Shown piece after piece: positions 50,601 through 63,917 of a stretch of 64,000 nt of DNA. Positions within the stretch are counted from its first letter, which is position 1. Each line of letters starts with the position of its first letter. The notes under the pieces are model-generated. The model was given only the letters and a program-made list of their open reading frames with translations, ran no database searches and was not told the DNA's origin. Position numbers and translations under genes: made by a program. The stretch covers positions 4,898,001 through 4,962,000 of the forward strand of contig NW_025963913.1 of assembly GCF_023055435.1 (NCBI RefSeq). Direction: 5' to 3'. The DNA comes from Haliotis rufescens (taxonomy: Eukaryota).

Positions 50601-51736
50601 ACAAAGGGTACCATTATAAATGATGATAGTCACACAACCTTTCCAGACTTTCCACTCAAAAACAGTATTGGTCCCTCAAGTATTCCAACAGATCACAGTG
50701 ATTCACAAACAGTCAACCTAGAAGCTCTCTCTGTGACTATTGATCAAAGTATTGAGATTGAGAAATCAACTCGGACACAGTCATCGCTTCCCAAGTGGCG
50801 CAAAGTCAGACAATCCAGATTAACTGCATCTGTTGCTGGTGCAATAATAAAGAAAAAGAGAGGTAAATTTAAACATTTTTTGATTATTTGTATAGGTTGT
50901 CATGTCAATGTGCTTAGGAGAAAAATTGAACAATGACTAACAGATAAACAGGAATCATCCTGATCTTTATTCATAACTAAATACTCTTGCTTTCAGGATT
51001 TGATAACTATGCCACCTTCTTAAAAACTGGAAAGAAGATCATGACAGCGCCAATGAGACATGGTCGGGCATGTGAGCCAACTGCAGCCCAAACCTATGCT
51101 GATGTGAGAATAATAAATTTCTACCTTGATTACACAAACATATAATTTCTAACAAGTTCTGTAATCCTAGAAATACTTCAGTAGATGATTGTAGCAACTT
51201 GTTTCCATTTTCCCCCCACCCAAATGTCTTATGACACAGATTCCATTTCTAAATTGACATGTGTTGAAAATGTGAAAATTCTACTAATGTTTTTATCAAA
51301 TATCACCAGGTTAATGCTAACAAATATCCTTTTTTGTGTGTGTTTTCAAATGCAGGATACAAGTGTGAATATGTTCAGGTGTGGTGTGGTTATCAGCCCA
51401 ATCTGTCCCTGGCTTGGAGCATCACCTGATAGAAAAATCTACAATCCTAGTCGAAACCCACCCTATGGCTTACTGGAAATAAAATGTCCAACTATTCCCA
51501 AATCAAGATTAGAATACTTGCATGTGTCTGACGGTGAGTTTCAACATAAAACAAACCACAACGTCTACTACCAAATACAGATGCAGACGGCTGTAACTGG
51601 CCTGACATGGTGTGATTTGTTTGTGTGGCACGAGGACTATCATCATTTAGAAACTCTTTATTTCAACCAACATGACTGGGATACAAAAAGCAAGACAAAA
51701 TTGGATGATTTTTTCTTCAAATATTTTCTTAACTGA
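47680..51736 (+). pseudogene. SWIM zinc finger + YqaJ/lambda-type exonuclease gene, disrupted by a minisatellite
   Basis: Exons 47680-47764 (YRSQRKNESPH), 48243-50862 (CSC..G....CGH SWIM, TSLPRTWH, TRTQ..W...R..RLTAS), 50997-51103 and 51356-51736 (GASPD, EIKCP, YYQIQMQ). Probable ATG remnant at 47346. Confidence 0.87.
48303..50273 (+). repeat. 68/74-bp minisatellite, 28 units, with a 414-bp higher-order repeat
   Basis: Counted 27 intervals (17x68 + 10x74 = 1896 bp). Identical ORF translations recur at +414 (48364/48778, 48710/49124). Confidence 0.97.
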
Positions 51737-54700
51737 ACTGTCAATTTCAATATTGACAAAATGGCAACTGAAAAGCAATTTTACCTGAATGGACTTGATA
51801 CCCACCTGCGGAATATTAGAAATTATTGTAAATACTCTTTTACTGTACTATTAAATTGATTTATTGTTGATTTTTTTCAGTTATTCTATAGCATAGTTAC
51901 TAAAACCTTTTGAAGAGAACATGATATCAGATCAAAATTACAGGATTCAGTATCATACAGCAATACAATTAACCCACATAAATAACAAACACATGAAGTA
52001 CAATAAATACACATTTATTTTTAATTTGTGTATTTACAACAGTGTAATAACAATAGACACATTTGCACTAGGAAAGCACTGTATATTAATTACTGATAAA
52101 TAACAATATAATTTTCAGGATACAAATTGCAATTACTTCTCAGAGTGTATTTTGTGTACAAATTTTAGAAAATTGAAAAATGTCAGCTTAAATATTAATC
52201 ACAATTGTTTTACCCAGGGGAGATAACTTTCATCAGCATATAACTTCTCAGACTTTTCCTTTCATCCATGATTAAGAAATGGTAAGCAATAAAAGCAAAA
52301 CGTATGGACCCAGCTTACCAATGTATCGCAAAACAAAGCAGGCCAAACATTCATGTGTAAACATAGTCACTGTTTTGAAATACAAAATAACTGACAATAA
52401 AGAGCATTAATAGCATTAATAGACAAGCATCGTAAAGGGCTTGAAGATCTGAAATTACATGTCATGTACAGCTGGCATAATGCAGTATTTCATCTTCATA
52501 AGCCCATTATTATTCATAATTAAACTTTGTTAACTGCAAATAGCAGAAAAATTGCTGACATTAAGCAACAATTCACTCACACAATAGCTCAAGTGACAGT
52601 CAAGTTTGATTCTACAATACATAATTTGCTGAAACACAGTATGAGCACATGTAATAATACTTCATAGCAATTGTTTGTCTGTGATACAAAATATAAAATC
52701 CGCCATACATTCGTCTTGATCAGATAAATTACAATTACAACTGGTTTCATTGGCCTGTTACTATAAGTGAAAATATCAACAATTCATAGTTAATCACAGG
52801 TTGTCTCCCCTTACACCACATTATCATCTCTTTCCTATAAATGAAATTTCAAATACAAAAGGTGGAATTATCTATTTTATGAAGCTGAAATTGAACAACA
52901 CGTACGTTACATATCAAACAAAGTTATTGTGACATTTTCATTAACATGATTAATACTCATCTAACCCATGTATTACAACAGTTATCTCAGACTTTATATT
53001 ACAGAAGAAATTCATTTACATTTATATGTCTACCTTTTTTTGTACAAGTACCCCTGAGCAAGGTATTACTCATACTTTGGGTGATATTCAATGAGTACAA
53101 GTGTACATGTACCAGCTACTCAATATCACATGAACAAAATGTTGGTGAAACTGCTGTTAAAACAATCAGATATCAACATTTGATGTTCAAGGCTAAGAGA
53201 TGTAACATGCTGGATATTGCTTGTCTCACTTGGCTATAAGGGGCCTTCTAAACAGAGATAGTAAGTTTACTCCACTCCACAGCTGATTTATTGACCCAGC
53301 CATTGATAAGGGAACTGTACCATTTAGTAGATGGTACTCTTTTACTCGTTTGATATGCCTTGCACTGTGGATCCTATGACTGGAAATTTGTTGATTTTCT
53401 TCAATTTCGGTTTGCTCAAACTGACCAGCAGAACTCAAGAAATGAGGAGTATTTATTGACACACCAGTTCCTTCCAATAGCTTCCCTATACGAAAACCCT
53501 TGTCACCCATGATGACACACTCTAGCTCAAGCAATCCCAACAGTCCACTCAGTTTGGTGATTTCAATGTCAGACACACAACCTGAGAACATGGCAGATAC
53601 AAAGGTTAATGCCCCATGAGGAGCAACACCCACCAGGCCTTTCCATGTATTCCTACTCTTGTAATGAGAATACATTTGGGAACCTAAATGTACAGAGGAG
53701 GGTCTCTCGGTATACATTTCTGTGCAGTCAATGATGACTCGAGTTCTAGGGTATAATAATCGGAAGTCTTCAGGCAGGAGGCCAAATGTTTATGCTACCG
53801 AAAACAAAATAGAGATAACTGCACCAAGTCAAAGCCCTTCTGCTTATGGTAGAGACATAACAATTGAACCTAACAGATAAACCTACTTCACTTGAACCCA
53901 GCTTAATTCTGACAAGAAACATGAATAACTCATCAAATAATGGAATAGAGTGAGAATTGTTTGGTTTTGGAAGACAGGATTCACCTTGATAATACATACC
54001 TCTCATGTTAGATGCTTTAGGTTTGATAAAATAAAATAAATGCTTGCAATGTTTGAAATGATGGAAATCCTGTGTAATGTTCCAGCAATTTATCATCATA
54101 CATGAATTTACGAACTCCGAACTTTTCAAGTTCAAGTTGTCTGTTTAGTTTTTCAATCTTGTCATCCTTTTCCTTGAGTTGCCTCTCTTGTTCACATAGT
54201 TTTTCATTGAGTTGGTCTATGTAGCCTTGTGGTCAGAGACCATTGCATCACATTCTGCTTCACTGTAACACACCAATTATGATGGATCACTATTACTTCT
54301 TAAACACACAAATAACAATAAATATGTTTCTGGAATTACAAATAAGGCAAAATTAATTTAATATGATTGTCATTCTTACTATATCTTTGATGGTGACTGT
54401 GGTGGGTTCCTTGTGGGAGTTTCCTCAGGTGGTGAAATTTTCTGAATCTCTTGATCAACATCATCTGAAATACATATTTGAAAAGTAAATATATTTCTGT
54501 TATGGTCACTTACTTGCCCTATGATATTTCCTATATTGCTGAAGCAGTGGTCACTGGTCAGTGTCATTACAGGGTATTTCGTAAAGTTTTTTTATTACCT
54601 ACATGTGTGTCATATGTACTTGAAATATTACGAAGACTTGCAGCAAATCTTATTTCACTGATATACAGACTGGTTACAATTAACATTACCTTACCTCTAT

Positions 54701-54949
54701 GGCATGAGTGTCTCCAAGAGGGTGGCTTCCTGCCAGCAGCCCCACTGTTCACAGTCCGCTGAAACACTGAGGGAACAGCACCTGGCTACAAAGTCGTACT
54801 GTTAGGTGTCCATTTGAAGTCATCCTTCATGAAATGATTGCTGCACACAACTGTGTTTGTGGTTATCTTTGAATAAAAATATAAGATAGTAAACACATGT
54901 TATAGATGTATCTAGTGAAAATATCAATGTCTTCAATATGTAGATATAT

Positions 54950-55496
54950 CAGGCCTCAAAGTTGCGACAAAACGGTCGCAAATTCCACCTTAATTTCAAA
55001 TTTCTACTGTCTAAAATGCAGAGGTAGCCAAATGACAACCTTGAAAAATATATTGTGGCAACTAAATTCTATTGCTTCACATTTGAAGTCAAAAAAATAG
55101 ATTAAAGCTGATTGTGGAAAACATGTCTGCTGGTAATTGTTCTTATGTATAATTCCTCTATAGTCGACTATGAACAGAAATACATAAATATTAATGGAAT
55201 TAGTATTTTATTTTAGTTTGATAAGCAAGGATACACCTAAATAGTCTTGTAACATAAATTGCATCATGGTTTGAGTCACCAATAACAAAAATCAAGTACA
55301 GTTTCCACTAATATACAATTCCAAGACTAGTGCTATGACTTGTACATATTAAAATAGTTATTTGATAAAAGATAATTTCAAATGTTTTTGGCTACCTACA
55401 ATATTGGCTTGACTTCTTGATTTTACAACTGGCTACCTGGAAAAAAATGTTTGTAGACATATGGCTACTTGGTAAAAAAATAAACTTTGAGGCCTG
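54950..55496. mobile_element. hAT-like MITE in the ISL2EU transposase intron
   Basis: Perfect 14-bp TIR CAGGCCTCAAAGTT / AACTTTGAGGCCTG with internal GGCTAC repeats. TSD decayed. Confidence 0.75.
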
Positions 55497-55637
55497 TACA
55501 TAATGTCCTTTACTATTATACAAACTATACTTAATTAAGTTAATATAAAACCTTCATTTCAATAAAAAATCATTTATTAGGTCTAGGCTTTTTGTAAAGT
55601 TCTGAGCCATTTCAGCCTCCTTTCCTCACTCCCTTTA

Positions 55638-55700
55638 CACCGCCGTGATATTACTGGAATATTGCTAAAAGCGGCGTAAAACCATACTCACTCACTCACT
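55638..55700 (+). mobile_element. SINE 3' fragment with (ACTC)n tail
   Basis: CGCCGTGATATTACTGGAATATTGCTAAAAGCGGCGTAAAACCATACTCACTC, flanked by a CACTCCCTTT duplication. Confidence 0.8.
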
Positions 55701-56145
55701 CACTCCCTTTACAAACTCCTGATTAATTTTCTAATTCTGTCCACTTACATAAATTACAAATGGTTAGAAGCTGGTGACAGTAATACATCCGAAAATCCAT
55801 GTTATCTCGCATCATATTTTATATTTACCAAAGGCTTAAATGTCTATGTAGCTACTAGGCGTACCTAGTACTTACAGTTCACTTGGCCTAACACAAATAG
55901 GATTTTTCTACCAACACTGGCCTAAACATTACACAGGTCTAGACCACCTACACATACTCGTCAGAATAGGCATTTCTCCACATTTACTTGTATGACATGT
56001 TGGCAAACTACTGAAAAACGAATTTCATTATGTTTTAAGTCAGCTTATAGACTATATAAAATAACATGTCTTTGGGTGGATGAATGTAATTTTGCTCTTG
56101 AATATTGAACAGTTTGAATATGTTTCGCGATGTCTATGTGACATA

Positions 56146-56588
56146 CCGCATTTCCTCTATTAGACGCCGGCCTCTAATAGAAGCCGGGTCAATTGTTCAG
56201 TGCAAAAAAAATGAAGCCGGGCCTCTTATAGACGCCGGGTCAATCAAATGATACAATTAATGATCCCTTTTGGGGACCTAAATTACATAATGAGGACTCC
56301 CTTTCTCTTCCGGTAACTCCACGTGTGTCGGAAAACGGTCCTCGATCCGATATGTCACGAGTGCAACTCGTATAGAGTGTCACGATTCAAGTACGGACTT
56401 CGAGAATTGATTAAGATATATCTACGGATATCTACGAACAGAAAAAAATCTCCATTTCGTGACGATTCGGGACATTCTTGGTCATAGTGAAATGGGGGTA
56501 TTAATAGAAGCCGGGCCTCTAATTGACGCCGGGTCGAAGGCTATTCCGAAATAAATAGAAGCCCGGGCGTCTAATAGAGGAAATACGG
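56146..56588. mobile_element. Tc1/mariner-type MITE in the ISL2EU intron
   Basis: TA TSD. TIR CCG(C/T)ATTTCCTCTATTAGACGCC with internal TAGA(A/C)GCCGGG repeats. Confidence 0.88.
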
Positions 56589-57018
56589 TATCATTATTAG
56601 GCCTAGTAATTACTTACTGTGAATGACTTTCTAGGATCTCTGCGTATTTTCGCCAAACACTGCCTTCGTACGGTCTTATCCATAGGAATTCGGTGGGAAG
56701 ACACTGTAAAGTCCCCGTGGGCATCACTTCTACACAGCAGTAATCTTTCCTTATCGAGGTCGCCATTTCCAGGGAGTGACTGCCTACGTTAGCCTCGTTT
56801 TCGATTTGACCTCGAGGTCATGCATATTGGCTAAGAATGGTCTATAAAGTGTGCTCAGAGACTTTGAGAAAGACTTTAAAACAGTGAGAAACAACAAACA
56901 AGTTACTAAGCAGTGGCATTTTAATATCACATTTATTGCAATTCATTATCATCGGTTTAATGTTGCATTTAAATATATATTAATTTCAGTACTGGACTGT
57001 TAAAAACGTGTGTTTGTC

Positions 57019-57031
57019 AGAAAAAGAGGGA
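57019..57031 (+). promoter_or_regulatory. Polypurine tract
   Basis: AGAAAAAGAGGGA directly before the 3' LTR. Confidence 0.85.
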
Positions 57032-57161
57032 TGTAATATATGTTGTGAAGCACTCCTAAAGTACCCATGTTAGTCCTATTATCCCCACAATCATAATACG
57101 TGTAAGGGGAGACCACTCCGAATAAAGTGACAGCCACGTGTCTTCATTACTAGACATTACA
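57032..57161 (+). repeat. 3' LTR (130 bp)
   Basis: Direct repeat of the 5' LTR with about 8 substitutions and 2 indels. Confidence 0.95.
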
Positions 57162-60100
57162 GTATGCACACCAATATTGTGCTGAAAGTGTATTTTGCTA
57201 TTCAGATATTGTCCTACGTTTGTCCTAGAGTTAAATTCATCTGGGAAATCTGGTCAGTCAATGGCGATGAATGGGCAGTGATTTTACCGAGAGGGTAACG
57301 AAGGCGTTACGCGCTGGGAAGGAGCTTGTGTACTCGTAGTCAAAGGGAAACCACTCTGCTCTCTATATGAATTAATTGCCCTTGACAGGAAAAGGTCACG
57401 GTCATTGTGATGGAATGCAAAAACACTGCTCGTGTTACAACAGAAATACACAAAAAAGGTATTTTGTTCCAGGTACATTTTGTATGGAATGATTGTTAAC
57501 CCCTCATCTGTTGTCAACTCGTTGTGTTGTTAGACATTAGTCATAATCGTTGTTTGGACATGCAAGGTTTTGTTCCCAGAAATATATACAGTAGAACCAA
57601 TAATATAGGGGTCAAACGATACAGCAAGGTCACTATACGATACGTATCACGATACGTATTAGGTCACGATACGATACGTATCGCGATACCCATATTTAGG
57701 TCAAATCGCGTGGAAACTCGATATTTCAGAGCAAGCCCAAAAGGTAACAGTTGCAGCAGACACATGTTCGAAGCCGCTATGTTTGTGAGTGAACTTTAAA
57801 GCCTAACTTCAAAACATCTGCGATACTTAACTGGCAAAAAACACTGGGAGTTATTAAACGAGTGGTAAGTTTAGCAAGACAGTGTATCGTCTAAGCTGAT
57901 TCCTTTGAGCGTCGTCAACTTGCGCCAAGCTACATTGTGATATTGGAGACGGGGCCCAGCTTAGTGTGTCTTGTATCGATATAAACTGGTTCCACTGTTG
58001 GTACGCGACGCAAGTTTAGTTTTGGTAGACAGGACCCCAGTCTAGTATCGACACAGAATATATAACGTTTAGTGTATCGTATCGTCGCATGATAACTAAC
58101 GGTGCACCATGTATTCAAGGTATAACAGATTTCCCAGTCGTGATCAATCTTGTCATTCCGGTAAAGGATATCATTTGTGACAATTATTCCAGCACAAGAA
58201 GGTTACGGAAAGGGGCAGTTTACGGAAAGCAGCGAGAAGCGGCGATCGCTGATGGATCTCCATGGAGACCATTGCCACTTCCGTTATTCACAAACGACGC
58301 CATTTTGGTTGTTGCTGCTGCACTTTGTTTCCACGTCTGTGTTTACATTTTGCTCTTTATCCCGCACGTATCGAACGTTCTTCACGATGTATGCCACTGT
58401 TGCTTTGGTTTATCATCAAGGTATCTAATAGTGTTTTCAGTGTTTACCTATGTTTGCTTTTTATCTTGATTTCAAAGCTTACATATTGATAACTTTTGAC
58501 CGATTGTATTCCCAACTTGAATCTGTCCTAAACATTTGGTAAGAATAAAAGTGAAAAAAAATGACAGACAAACTCACTAGCAGATGGGACATTTCATGTA
58601 CGTCGCCGGTCCCTCGTATATGTTTATGTACTTTGTGTTTTACAGTTGATCTTTTGTGAAGTGAATTTGTATGGCGGTAATTAAAATAATCACTGTCAAA
58701 GTATCATGATATATGATCAAAGTAACAATAGATCTATGTTTCCCCTTTCCTTCCCATGGCAATGGGATCCACAAAGTGAAACATGATTTGTGTATGTTTT
58801 CATATGTGGTGTCAAGGGGAGGGACTTGTGAAGTATAGGTCTCTCTTGTCCCAAAATGTCCAGTGACCATTTTACCTAAACCAAACTTCCTGGCACAGAA
58901 CCCTGGAACGTTGGCATAATTTGCTTAATCTCCTTAAAAAACACACAGGAATCATGTTTCAATAACCAAAGTCTATGTTATAGTCTACACAATGAGGATG
59001 GATGATGTTGTTTTATTATTTTATTTATTCCATTATAGCTCAGGATGATCTTCACAGGTTTAGGACCTACCAGGCCCCCGTCACCCAAAAGACTCTTCCT
59101 GTCCCTGATCCTGTAGGTCATCGTTAGGTTCAAGTTGTTTGAATGTGTCCTATTAGAAAAAAAAGTCTAAAATAACTTCCGTTTCCCTATACATGACCTT
59201 TTCACAAACGACTGTTATCACCACTATTTGTTAGTGATTGAAAAACACATGCTCATGACCAGGGCTCGATTTAACAAAAATGGGGCACAAGTGCCACCTG
59301 ATATTGAAAAATGCAGTCTATATTTTTTATCTATACTTGCTCCCAGTGCATGTCAAAATTTTACAACTTTGTTACTGACTTACTAAAAAAGCTTTATACT
59401 TAAATCTTTGAACTCAATAAACTTTTTGTACCATACTACATCACATTCCCAGTGTTTTGAGTAATTTGACATTGTCCTTTGTGCTTTTCATCATGAATCT
59501 TATCAGGTCAGTCTTATGATAAAAACAAGAATGCAAATGAATATGTGGGATGTATAAGTGATTCCATTCAAAGTGATCTTGTCAGTGAAGAGGTTCTGTT
59601 AGGAGTGCAATCGGTTAAGTCTAGTGAAAAATGGTTGAGATGTCAACTTGCATCAGGTGCAAGCTATATCAAGTTCCTAAATCGTGCCCTGACTCTCATG
59701 ATACTGTCGCAATCGTACAAATACAGATTTTCTGTGATTATAGAAATGTTTTTGTCGCATTTCTCTGTGTTAGTCGGTAGGCGGTATATCTTCACTTGCT
59801 ATTTGTTTAAATATCCAGATAAAGTAGGTGCAAAATGGTCGACCTTTTCATGTTTGTTTCATACACGCTAAACTGGGGATTGATACTTATTTCAATTATT
59901 TAAGGACATCTATTTCCTCTCTATAAGCGCACCAGTGTCTTCACCATCACTGTCAACCCCCTCTCATCCCAGCCCGAACCCCAGACCTCCCTCCCTGCCC
60001 TCAGAGCCCGCCCTCAAGTTGTGGAGATAGATCTTGGTGAAGAATCCAAGCAGCCCCAGTCGTGCTCGGCCGTCCTTGTGTCCTGTGTGAAATACATGTT

Positions 60101-62749
60101 CCAGAGTTTCTTCACGGAGAGATAGACTTTGGATTTGTTTGCTGTGCCAATGTTGTGTGAACTACTAGTTTTAGGACCTTTCGGATGAACCATTTGGACT
60201 ATTTTGGACTATTTTTGATAACATACACTTTGTTTCATACATGAATTAAAATTTATATAATATTCTGCTTAAAATGTATGTGATAAACGCTGTTGCTTGA
60301 AGAACGTGTCTTGTACATTCATGTTTTCTGCATTCCTTTTTATGAAAACTGAAAGCGAGAGATGGCTTCATAGGCGGCCCATGCCAAATTGTCGCTAAAA
60401 CTAACCTATCGTTATTTTAAGAGTTTGTAAAATGGGGATTGGGTAGATGAAATGTTGCTTGATTTTTAAGGATTTGTTCACTATGTCAGCGCAGAAAAAT
60501 CAAAACATCAAAACCTCGAAGGAGGTCGAGCTCCCGCCCAAAGACTCCACGCCAAGCAGTCGCTGCAGCTAAGCAGTCGTTATTTAAGAGATCATTACAA
60601 TGAGGATCGGATGGTTACACGGTCGGAACTCCTAATTGAAATAACTCATGTTTTCCATGCTGCAATTATCTCTTACAGAGCCCGAGATTGAAATGTGAAC
60701 GTTGAACTAACACGTATCATGCCTGTTGGTAAACACAAATCTTGCTGAGTGAATCTGAACAGCTATTATTGATGGAAAATATCAGTTAAAAAATGGATAA
60801 AAGCTTAATTAATTATGTTTTGTTACCTCACCAAAATATTCCAAGATCGTAATGATTCAAGTATACAAGTTACAGTTATCACAAGTCGCATGTGATTTCT
60901 CGTCCCTATAAAATATTACAGTTTACAGATTTTTTGATCCGGGGGGTCCAAGGTCATTCCGACCGTCACAGTCAAGGGCTTTTACCTACCAATGTCTACA
61001 GGATCGTTCTAGAATCGATCCTATATGATTATTAAGTATTCCTATGCTTTAATTACTTATATCGCATTTCGACAGCTCTAGGAGATGTGGCGTCCTCGGC
61101 ATTCATTCTGGGTCACGCGACTTCCGGGATGTATTCATTACATTACATGGATCCAGTTCTGGTTTCAGCCAACTTCGTACACTTTCAAGTTTCAAAGTTT
61201 ATTGTACAATTTCATTATTTTAACAGTTCAGATATATCAATCGTGGGAGGGATACAGACAAGTACCGGATTCCAGAGCCACGATGTGACAGACAATGACG
61301 AGCGACTGATGTTTCCAGTACAGTTGACAGCCGGTATCATGTCCGGCGATCTCGGGATATTGTACAAGATTTTTCAGTTCAGTGATTTATTAATAAAGTC
61401 GTTATTGAACCTAACCTCCTTATTGTGTGATCCTTCTGTGTTTCCACAGTTTCGACGTTCGCAACTTTTAGATCTTTGTGATGTATTTTCGCGAAACCTC
61501 GTCTCCAAGCTCTGGTATTTATTTTGTCACACTTTATAAACTAGTAGCAGCAATCATTTATTTTCGTAGTTAATCCACTAGAAAATATCGACCAGTCTAA
61601 AAGCTAAACACAGGATATTCCCAACGACAGTTACCGGCTTTACGATTGAATCAGTCAAGGACGTGTATCTGTCAATTCAATGCAGGGAAACAATACAAAG
61701 AGGTCTCTATATAAACACCCAGCTTCAATGAAATGAACATTTGAACGGAAGAGACTTTGCATTGTCCGTGGGAAGTAGTGCCATATAATCTAGGCCATCT
61801 GTTAGATAGTCCAGTATGTTTTTTTGTTAAGTTTTCACATTTCGAATCGAGAACTTTGTCAACCTTTTTTTGAAAGTGTTGTCGTCCGTTTGAAACTAGT
61901 GGCGTATAGCTAGAGAAAGCTGCATTCTGAATGGCTTATGTCGACTTGTTAGTCCTTTCATTGGTCAAAGTTCGCGAAAGGTCGTTCTGTTATGACCCGC
62001 AATAAGATGTCCCCAGACCTTTGTTTACAGTAGCGAGAACTAAGATCTGATTTTAATGAGATTGGGGTGTGGTGCTGACAAACCTGGAAATATATCAGGA
62101 CGAATCTGGGATTGGAGCCCACGATGTTGGGTTTCTGGTATGCATTTCTCTACAGTGAACTGCGGCGCCTTAGACAACTGGGTCACCTGTGTCTCCCTTC
62201 TGGTGAAGAAAGAGCTGAAATGTTTATCTTTAACATTGCTGAAGTTGAAGAGGTTGACAAGTTCATAGACATAGACATAGATGTATTTCAGTAATGTAAG
62301 GCCACTGGCCCATTCTACATTTCAATAAGTTGGAGTTTGTTTTTTCAAGCATGCTGGTATAATAGCAGTTGGTACAATATGTTTCAAACGTTCAAGAATA
62401 CTGTTCACATTAATACGGTATTATCATTAATAATACGTCAATGTGACAACTTATAACAGTATTAATTTAACAAAGATAATTGACAATTTTCCATTGAAAT
62501 ATCATCAATAGACATTCTACCAAGTTGATAGTTCTAATGAAAATTGGAATCTCAGAAAGTTTGAATTCAATACATAATATAACTATTCTTACCACATGCA
62601 GATACGTGTAGGATATGTGTTTCTTTCCTCATAAATATATTCCAAGTAATGTTCTTACACATATATCAGACAATAGTGATTATACGTCAACATGATTACA
62701 CGTAAAATTAGTTAGCAGAAATTCTGCAATGTAATCGCACAAGGCCTTA

Positions 62750-63576
62750 TTATGGAAGGGTATTAGTGTCACAGTCTAAACAAAAATATCATCTACGTAA
62801 ATGATACTGATGATGATACTGCTTTCATCTATGTATCAATATTTTCTCGACTAATCGACGCGGTCAGTTATATATAACCACTGGCTTAATTAATGAATAA
62901 TAAATATTTAATTAATAATGACCCATTTGTTTCACCCGTCTTTACTGAGGTATTATCTACTCATTGTATAAAGTAAACTTTATTTCAATATGTCGAAGTT
63001 ACTGGAGAATAACACACGCCACACTCTTTTACAACCGTAATAAAGAGAGGAGAGCACAAAATGTTCTCCAAACTACAAACAAATAAACAGCTATAGGCCA
63101 CTATTCAAAATTTAAGCGAAATTATATATTAACCATAACATGATTAAAACTGGGGGAATATTTTGATCCTCGTGATTTCTCCATGACGGAAATTAGGGTT
63201 AAGAGGTAAACCGTGAAATGAAGGGGTTAGACTCACTCAAACTATAAACCTATATCAAACCAATACTCGTCATTATCCTTTAAAGCACTGAAGGTACAAT
63301 TCTGCAGTTTGTGTTTTTTCTTAAACGGTAATAGTTTGACACGTTGAAAACAACAACCAACATGCTTCCAAACATTTAAATAAATTAACAGTATTTAAGT
63401 AATCACCTTAATTTAAAATATATATGTTTGTATCTAACTGGTATTGCAACTTCACCAGGCAATATCACTGTCTGAGAAACGATACGTTCGATTATAACAT
63501 CACATACGGGGATGAAAGTATGACCTACGTAGATGATCAATCTGTTTAGACTGTGGCGCTGATACGCGTCCACACC
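62750..63576. mobile_element. PIF/Harbinger-like MITE, TTA TSD
   Basis: The empty site AAGGCC-TTA-GGCACC in copies 1-3 becomes TTA-[~32-bp imperfect TIRs]-TTA here. Confidence 0.72.
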
Positions 63577-63917
63577 TTAGGCACCGATCGTTTTTATCGT
63601 CATAAAGAAATTGTCTCAGAAAATGCGTTTAAAATCCTACTTCAGACTGTTTGGAAAGAAAGAAATTGTCTGCCACAAAAAATACATTGTTCCAAGATGT
63701 GTCTTAAAACCCCCAAATATTTACGCTCATAGTTTTCTTTTAAAAAAGTTTCTGGTTTTGGAGCTGTGGCTGAAAAAATACCCAGTCTCCATACAGAATC
63801 CCAGGCGTGGACAAAATCAGGAATTCACCACGTAATCAAAACGCAATGATATCGCCAACAAAATGGATATTTCTTGAAATGCTCACTTTATCATTACTGT
63901 AAGTAATATTCCTAATC

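Larger units (their letters stand above)
53226..56766 (-). pseudogene. THAP + DDE_Tnp_4 (Harbinger/ISL2EU) transposase pseudogene
   Basis: ATG at 56766. THAP with a frameshift (CCV..HRIP..IRRD | VCSNHF..L*PGAVPSVF). Core motifs IIDCTE, YSHYKSRNTWKGLVG, MGDKGF, RIH. Multiple lesions. Confidence 0.9.
47276..56843. mobile_element. ISL2EU (PIF/Harbinger-related) DNA transposon, inactive
   Basis: Ends TATAGGTCATTCTT (47273-47286) and AAGAATGGTCTATA (56833-56846), with an AT (or TA) TSD. Convergent YqaJ-exonuclease and THAP-DDE genes. Confidence 0.82.
33532..57161 (+). mobile_element. Ty3/Gypsy LTR retrotransposon, decayed, carrying nested insertions
   Basis: Paired TG..CA LTRs, 5-bp TSD GTATG (33527-33531, 57162-57166), PBS, PPT and gag-PR-RT-RH-IN order. 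The host unit sequence is continuous across the insertion. Confidence 0.95.

Noticed and set aside
51185-51736. Phage/bacterial YqaJ recombinase (HGT or contamination)
   Set aside because: The gene has spliceosomal introns and is the standard accessory gene of eukaryotic ISL2EU transposons.
33532-57161. A single giant active composite retroelement
   Set aside because: The RT core is deleted, there are many stops and the LTRs have diverged, while the Kolobok inside is pristine. This pattern fits sequential nesting.
61087-61539. 150-aa ORF in copy 6 as the ancestral gene of the unit
   Set aside because: Non-ATG start, no motif, and indels in the other copies break the frame at random.
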